NCBI RefSeq assembly: GCF_001457615.1
Contig: NZ_LN831024.1
Coordinates: forward strand, 720,001-752,000
Reading direction: 5' to 3'
Origin: Pseudomonas aeruginosa
GTDB taxonomy: Bacteria; Pseudomonadota; Gammaproteobacteria; Pseudomonadales; Pseudomonadaceae
DNA: 32,000 bases
Part shown: piece by piece, positions 29,063-32,000 of the stretch
Numbering within the stretch: position 1 is the stretch's first letter
Layout of the letters: each line of letters begins with the position of its first letter
The notes under the pieces: model-generated
What the model was told of the DNA's origin: nothing
Databases searched by the model: none
Seen by the model: the letters and a program-made list of their open reading frames with translations, nothing else
Position numbers and translations under genes: made by a program

Positions 29063-32000
29063 ATGGATCTGCCCCCCGATTCCCGTACAGCCCTGCGCGA
29101 CTGGCTGACCGAGCAGCTCGCCGACCTGCTCGGTGAACCGCTTGCCGACGTGCGCGCCCTGGCGGACGACGACGACCTGCTGGGCTGCGGCCTCGACTCG
29201 ATCCGCCTGATGTACCTGCAGGAACGCCTGCGCGCGCGTGGCTCGACGCTGGACTTCGCCCAGTTGGCGCAGCGCCCCTGCCTGGGGGCCTGGCTCGACC
29301 TGCTGGCCTGCGCGGACCGGCTGTCCGCCCCGGCAACGGTCGCGCTGCCGACGGCGCAGGATCGCGACCAGCCGTTCGAGCTGTCTTCCGTGCAGCAGGC
29401 CTACTGGCTGGGACGTGGCGCCGGCGAGGTGCTGGGCAACGTCAGCTGCCATGCCTTCCTGGAATTCCGCACGCGGGATGTCGACCCGCAGCGCCTGGCC
29501 GCGGCGGCGGAGTGCGTGCGTCAACGCCACCCGATGTTGCGGGCGCGCTTCCTCGACGGTCGCCAGCAGATCCTTCCGACGCCGCCGCTGTCCTGCTTCG
29601 ACCTGCAGGACTGGCGCACCTTGCAGGTGGACGAGGCCGAGCGCGACTGGCAGGCGCTGCGCGACTGGCGCGCCCATGAATGCCTGGCGGTGGAGCGCGG
29701 CCAGGTGTTCCTGCTCGGGCTGGTGCGCATGCCGGGCGGCGAGGATCGCCTCTGGCTGAGTCTCGACCTGCTTGCCGCCGATGTCGAAAGCCTGCGCCTG
29801 CTGCTGGCCGAACTGGGCGTTGCCTACCTGGCGCCGGAGCGCCTGGCGGAGCCGCCGGCGCTGCATTTCGCCGACTACCTGGCACACCGTGCGGCGCAAC
29901 GCGCCGAGGCCGCGGCGCGGGCCCGCGACTACTGGCTGGAACGCCTGCCGCGCTTGCCGGACGCGCCGGCCCTGCCGTTGGCCTGCGCGCCGGAAAGCAT
30001 CCGCCAGCCGCGCACCCGGCGCCTGGCATTCCAGCTTTCCGCCGGCGAGAGCCGGCGCCTGGAGCGTCTTGCCGCGCAGCATGGCGTGACCTTGTCCAGC
30101 GTGTTCGGCTGCGCCTTCGCGCTGGTCCTGGCGCGCTGGAGCGAAAGCGCGGAATTTCTCCTCAACGTGCCGTTGTTCGATCGGCATGCCGACGACCCGC
30201 GTATCGGCGAGGTGATCGCCGACTTCACCACCCTGTTGCTGCTGGAGTGCCGGATGCAGGCCGGGGTGTCCTTCGCCGAGGCGGTGAAGAGCTTCCAGCG
30301 CAACCTCCACGGAGCCATCGACCACGCCGCATTCCCCGCCCTGGAGGTGCTCCGCGAGGCGCGCCGGCAGGGCCAGCCACGCTCGGCGCCGGTGGTGTTC
30401 GCCAGCAACCTGGGCGAGGAGGGCTTCGTCCCGGCGGCCTTCCGCGACGCTTTCGGCGATCTCCACGACATGCTCTCGCAGACCCCGCAGGTCTGGCTCG
30501 ACCACCAGCTCTACCGGGTGGGCGATGGTATCCTGCTGGCCTGGGACAGCGTCGTCGGCCTGTTCCCCGAAGGCCTGCCGGAAACCATGTTCGAAGCCTA
30601 CGTGGGGCTGCTCCAGCGTCTCTGCGACAGCGCCTGGGAGCAGCCCGCCGATCTGCCGTTGCCCTGGGCGCAGCAGGCGCGCCGGGCCCTGCTCAACGGC
30701 CAGCCGGCATGCGCCACGGCGCGCACCCTGCATCGCGACTTCTTCCTTCGCGCCGCCGAGGCGCCGGATGCCGACGCGCTGCTCTATCGCGACCAACGTG
30801 TCACCCGCGGCGAACTGGCCGAGCGTGCGCTGCGCATCGCCGGCGGCCTGCGCGAAGCCGGGGTGCGCCCTGGCGACGCGGTCGAGGTCAGCCTGCCGCG
30901 CGGACCGCAGCAGGTCGCGGCGGTATTCGGCGTGCTCGCCGCAGGCGCCTGCTACGTGCCGCTGGACATCGACCAGCCGCCCGCACGGCGGCGCCTGATC
31001 GAAGAGGCCGCCGGGGTATGCCTGGCGATCACCGAGGAGGACGATCCGCAGGCCTTGCCGCCGCGCCTGGATGTCCAGCGCCTGCTGCGCGGCCCGGCGC
31101 TGGCCGCCCCCGTGCCGCTGGCGCCGCAGGCGAGTGCCTATGTGATCTACACCTCGGGCTCCACCGGGGTGCCCAAGGGCGTCGAGGTCAGCCACGCGGC
31201 GGCGATCAATACCATCGACGCGCTGCTCGACCTGCTGCGGGTGGACGCATCGGACCGCTTGCTGGCGGTCTCCGCGCTGGACTTCGATCTGTCGGTCTTC
31301 GACCTGTTCGGCGGCCTCGGCGCCGGTGCCAGCCTGGTCCTGCCGGCCCAGGAACAGGCGCGCGATGCCGCTGCCTGGGCGGAGGCTATCCAGCGGCATG
31401 CGGTGAGCCTGTGGAACTCGGCGCCGGCCTTGCTGGAGATGGCCCTCAGCCTGCCGGCGAGCCAGGCCGACTATCGCAGTCTGCGGGCGGTGCTGCTGTC
31501 CGGCGACTGGGTGGCTCTGGACCTGCCCGGCCGCCTGCGCCCACGTTGTGCCGAAGGCTGCCGCCTGCATGTGCTGGGTGGCGCTACCGAAGCGGGCATC
31601 TGGTCGAACCTGCAGAGCGTCGATACGGTGCCGCCGCACTGGCGTTCGATTCCCTACGGCCGGCCATTGCCGGGACAGGCCTACCGGGTGGTCGACACCC
31701 ACGGGCGCGACGTGCCGGACCTGGTGGTCGGCGAGCTGTGGATCGGCGGCGCCAGCCTGGCCCGCAGCTATCGCAACGATCCCGAACTCAGCGCCCGGCG
31801 CTTCGTCCACGATGCCCAGGGCCGCTGGTATCGCACCGGCGATCGCGGTCGCTACTGGGGCGACGGTACCCTGGAATTCCTCGGTCGGGTCGACCAGCAG
31901 GTGAAAGTGCGCGGCCAGCGCATCGAGTTGGGCGAGGTGGAGGCCGCGCTGTGCGCCCAGGCTGGCGTGGAGAGCGCCTGCGCGGCGGTGCTCGGCGGTG
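29063..32000 (+). CDS. pchE: Pyochelin NRPS PchE (dihydroaeruginoic acid synthetase), first ~979 codons (3' end beyond window): ArCP - cyclization - adenylation
   Basis: Absent from the ORF track because there is no stop in the window. My own translation in the frame of ATG 29063 (SD GGGAG 6 nt upstream) gives MDLPPDSRTALRDWLTEQLADLLGEPLADVRALADDDDLLGCGLDSIRLM..., with the carrier Ser at 29198-29200. The Cy-domain DxxxxDxxS motif DLLAADVES lies at 29765-29791. A-domain cores are YVIYTSGSTGVPKG (TSGSTGVPKG at 31151-31180), YRTGD and GRVDQQVKVRGQRIELGEVE. Confidence 0.93.
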   Translation, partial: MDLPPDSRTALRDWLTEQLADLLGEPLADVRALADDDDLLGCGLDSIRLMYLQERLRARGSTLDFAQLAQRPCLGAWLDLLACADRLSAPATVALPTAQDRDQPFELSSVQQAYWLGRGAGEVLGNVSCHAFLEFRTRDVDPQRLAAAAECVRQRHPMLRARFLDGRQQILPTPPLSCFDLQDWRTLQVDEAERDWQALRDWRAHECLAVERGQVFLLGLVRMPGGEDRLWLSLDLLAADVESLRLLLAELGVAYLAPERLAEPPALHFADYLAHRAAQRAEAAARARDYWLERLPRLPDAPALPLACAPESIRQPRTRRLAFQLSAGESRRLERLAAQHGVTLSSVFGCAFALVLARWSESAEFLLNVPLFDRHADDPRIGEVIADFTTLLLLECRMQAGVSFAEAVKSFQRNLHGAIDHAAFPALEVLREARRQGQPRSAPVVFASNLGEEGFVPAAFRDAFGDLHDMLSQTPQVWLDHQLYRVGDGILLAWDSVVGLFPEGLPETMFEAYVGLLQRLCDSAWEQPADLPLPWAQQARRALLNGQPACATARTLHRDFFLRAAEAPDADALLYRDQRVTRGELAERALRIAGGLREAGVRPGDAVEVSLPRGPQQVAAVFGVLAAGACYVPLDIDQPPARRRLIEEAAGVCLAITEEDDPQALPPRLDVQRLLRGPALAAPVPLAPQASAYVIYTSGSTGVPKGVEVSHAAAINTIDALLDLLRVDASDRLLAVSALDFDLSVFDLFGGLGAGASLVLPAQEQARDAAAWAEAIQRHAVSLWNSAPALLEMALSLPASQADYRSLRAVLLSGDWVALDLPGRLRPRCAEGCRLHVLGGATEAGIWSNLQSVDTVPPHWRSIPYGRPLPGQAYRVVDTHGRDVPDLVVGELWIGGASLARSYRNDPELSARRFVHDAQGRWYRTGDRGRYWGDGTLEFLGRVDQQVKVRGQRIELGEVEAALCAQAGVESACAAVLGG

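Noticed and set aside
28955-31810. 951-aa ORF on the minus strand, the longest 'gene' in the right end of the track.
   Set aside because: It is exactly antisense to the frame that carries ordered NRPS motifs (pchE). Its product is Ala/Arg/Gly/Gln-rich low-complexity sequence with no SD or recognisable motifs. It is an artefact of extreme GC3 on the opposite strand.

Overview
I recognise this window as Pseudomonas aeruginosa core chromosome, from recalled gene order and protein sequences (no database search was run). It matches the reverse complement of the PAO1 interval PA4266 to PA4226.

Layout:
- 1-16.2 kb: one co-directional block on the + strand. It holds the 3' end of fusA1, then tufA, then 28 ribosomal-protein genes in S10/spc/alpha operon order, with secY and rpoA embedded.
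- 16.4-23.5 kb: housekeeping and stress genes. These are katA, bfrA (ferritin-like), uvrA (- strand), a YajR-like MFS transporter and ssb.
- 23.6-32.0 kb: the iron-regulated pyochelin siderophore locus. It comprises pchDCBA (- strand), pchR (+) and the first ~979 codons of the NRPS gene pchE (+, running off the window).

Corrections to the ORF track:
- pchE (no stop codon in the window) and rpmJ (38 aa) are absent from the track.
- Several track ORFs are over-extended at the N-terminus: rplC, rpmC, rpsQ, rpsN, rpsH, rpmD, uvrA, the MFS gene, pchA and pchD.
- The longest minus- or plus-strand ORFs opposite uvrA, pchE, katA, secY and others are high-GC antisense artefacts.

I found no tRNA, rRNA, CRISPR array, IS element, integrase or phage gene.

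The only accessory system is the pyochelin cluster, which is well described. I cannot support a claim that a previously undescribed system is present.

The points most worth a second look are regulatory:
- A strong terminator and promoter module sits inside the spc block, between rpsN and rpsH.
- The same hairpin-plus-TTGATT promoter design recurs before rpsM.
- There is no usable S10/spc boundary between rpsQ and rplN.
- A 33-nt element is shared by the pchD and pchE promoters, each paired with a Fur box.
- ssb lies directly behind an MFS transporter gene, with no SOS box.
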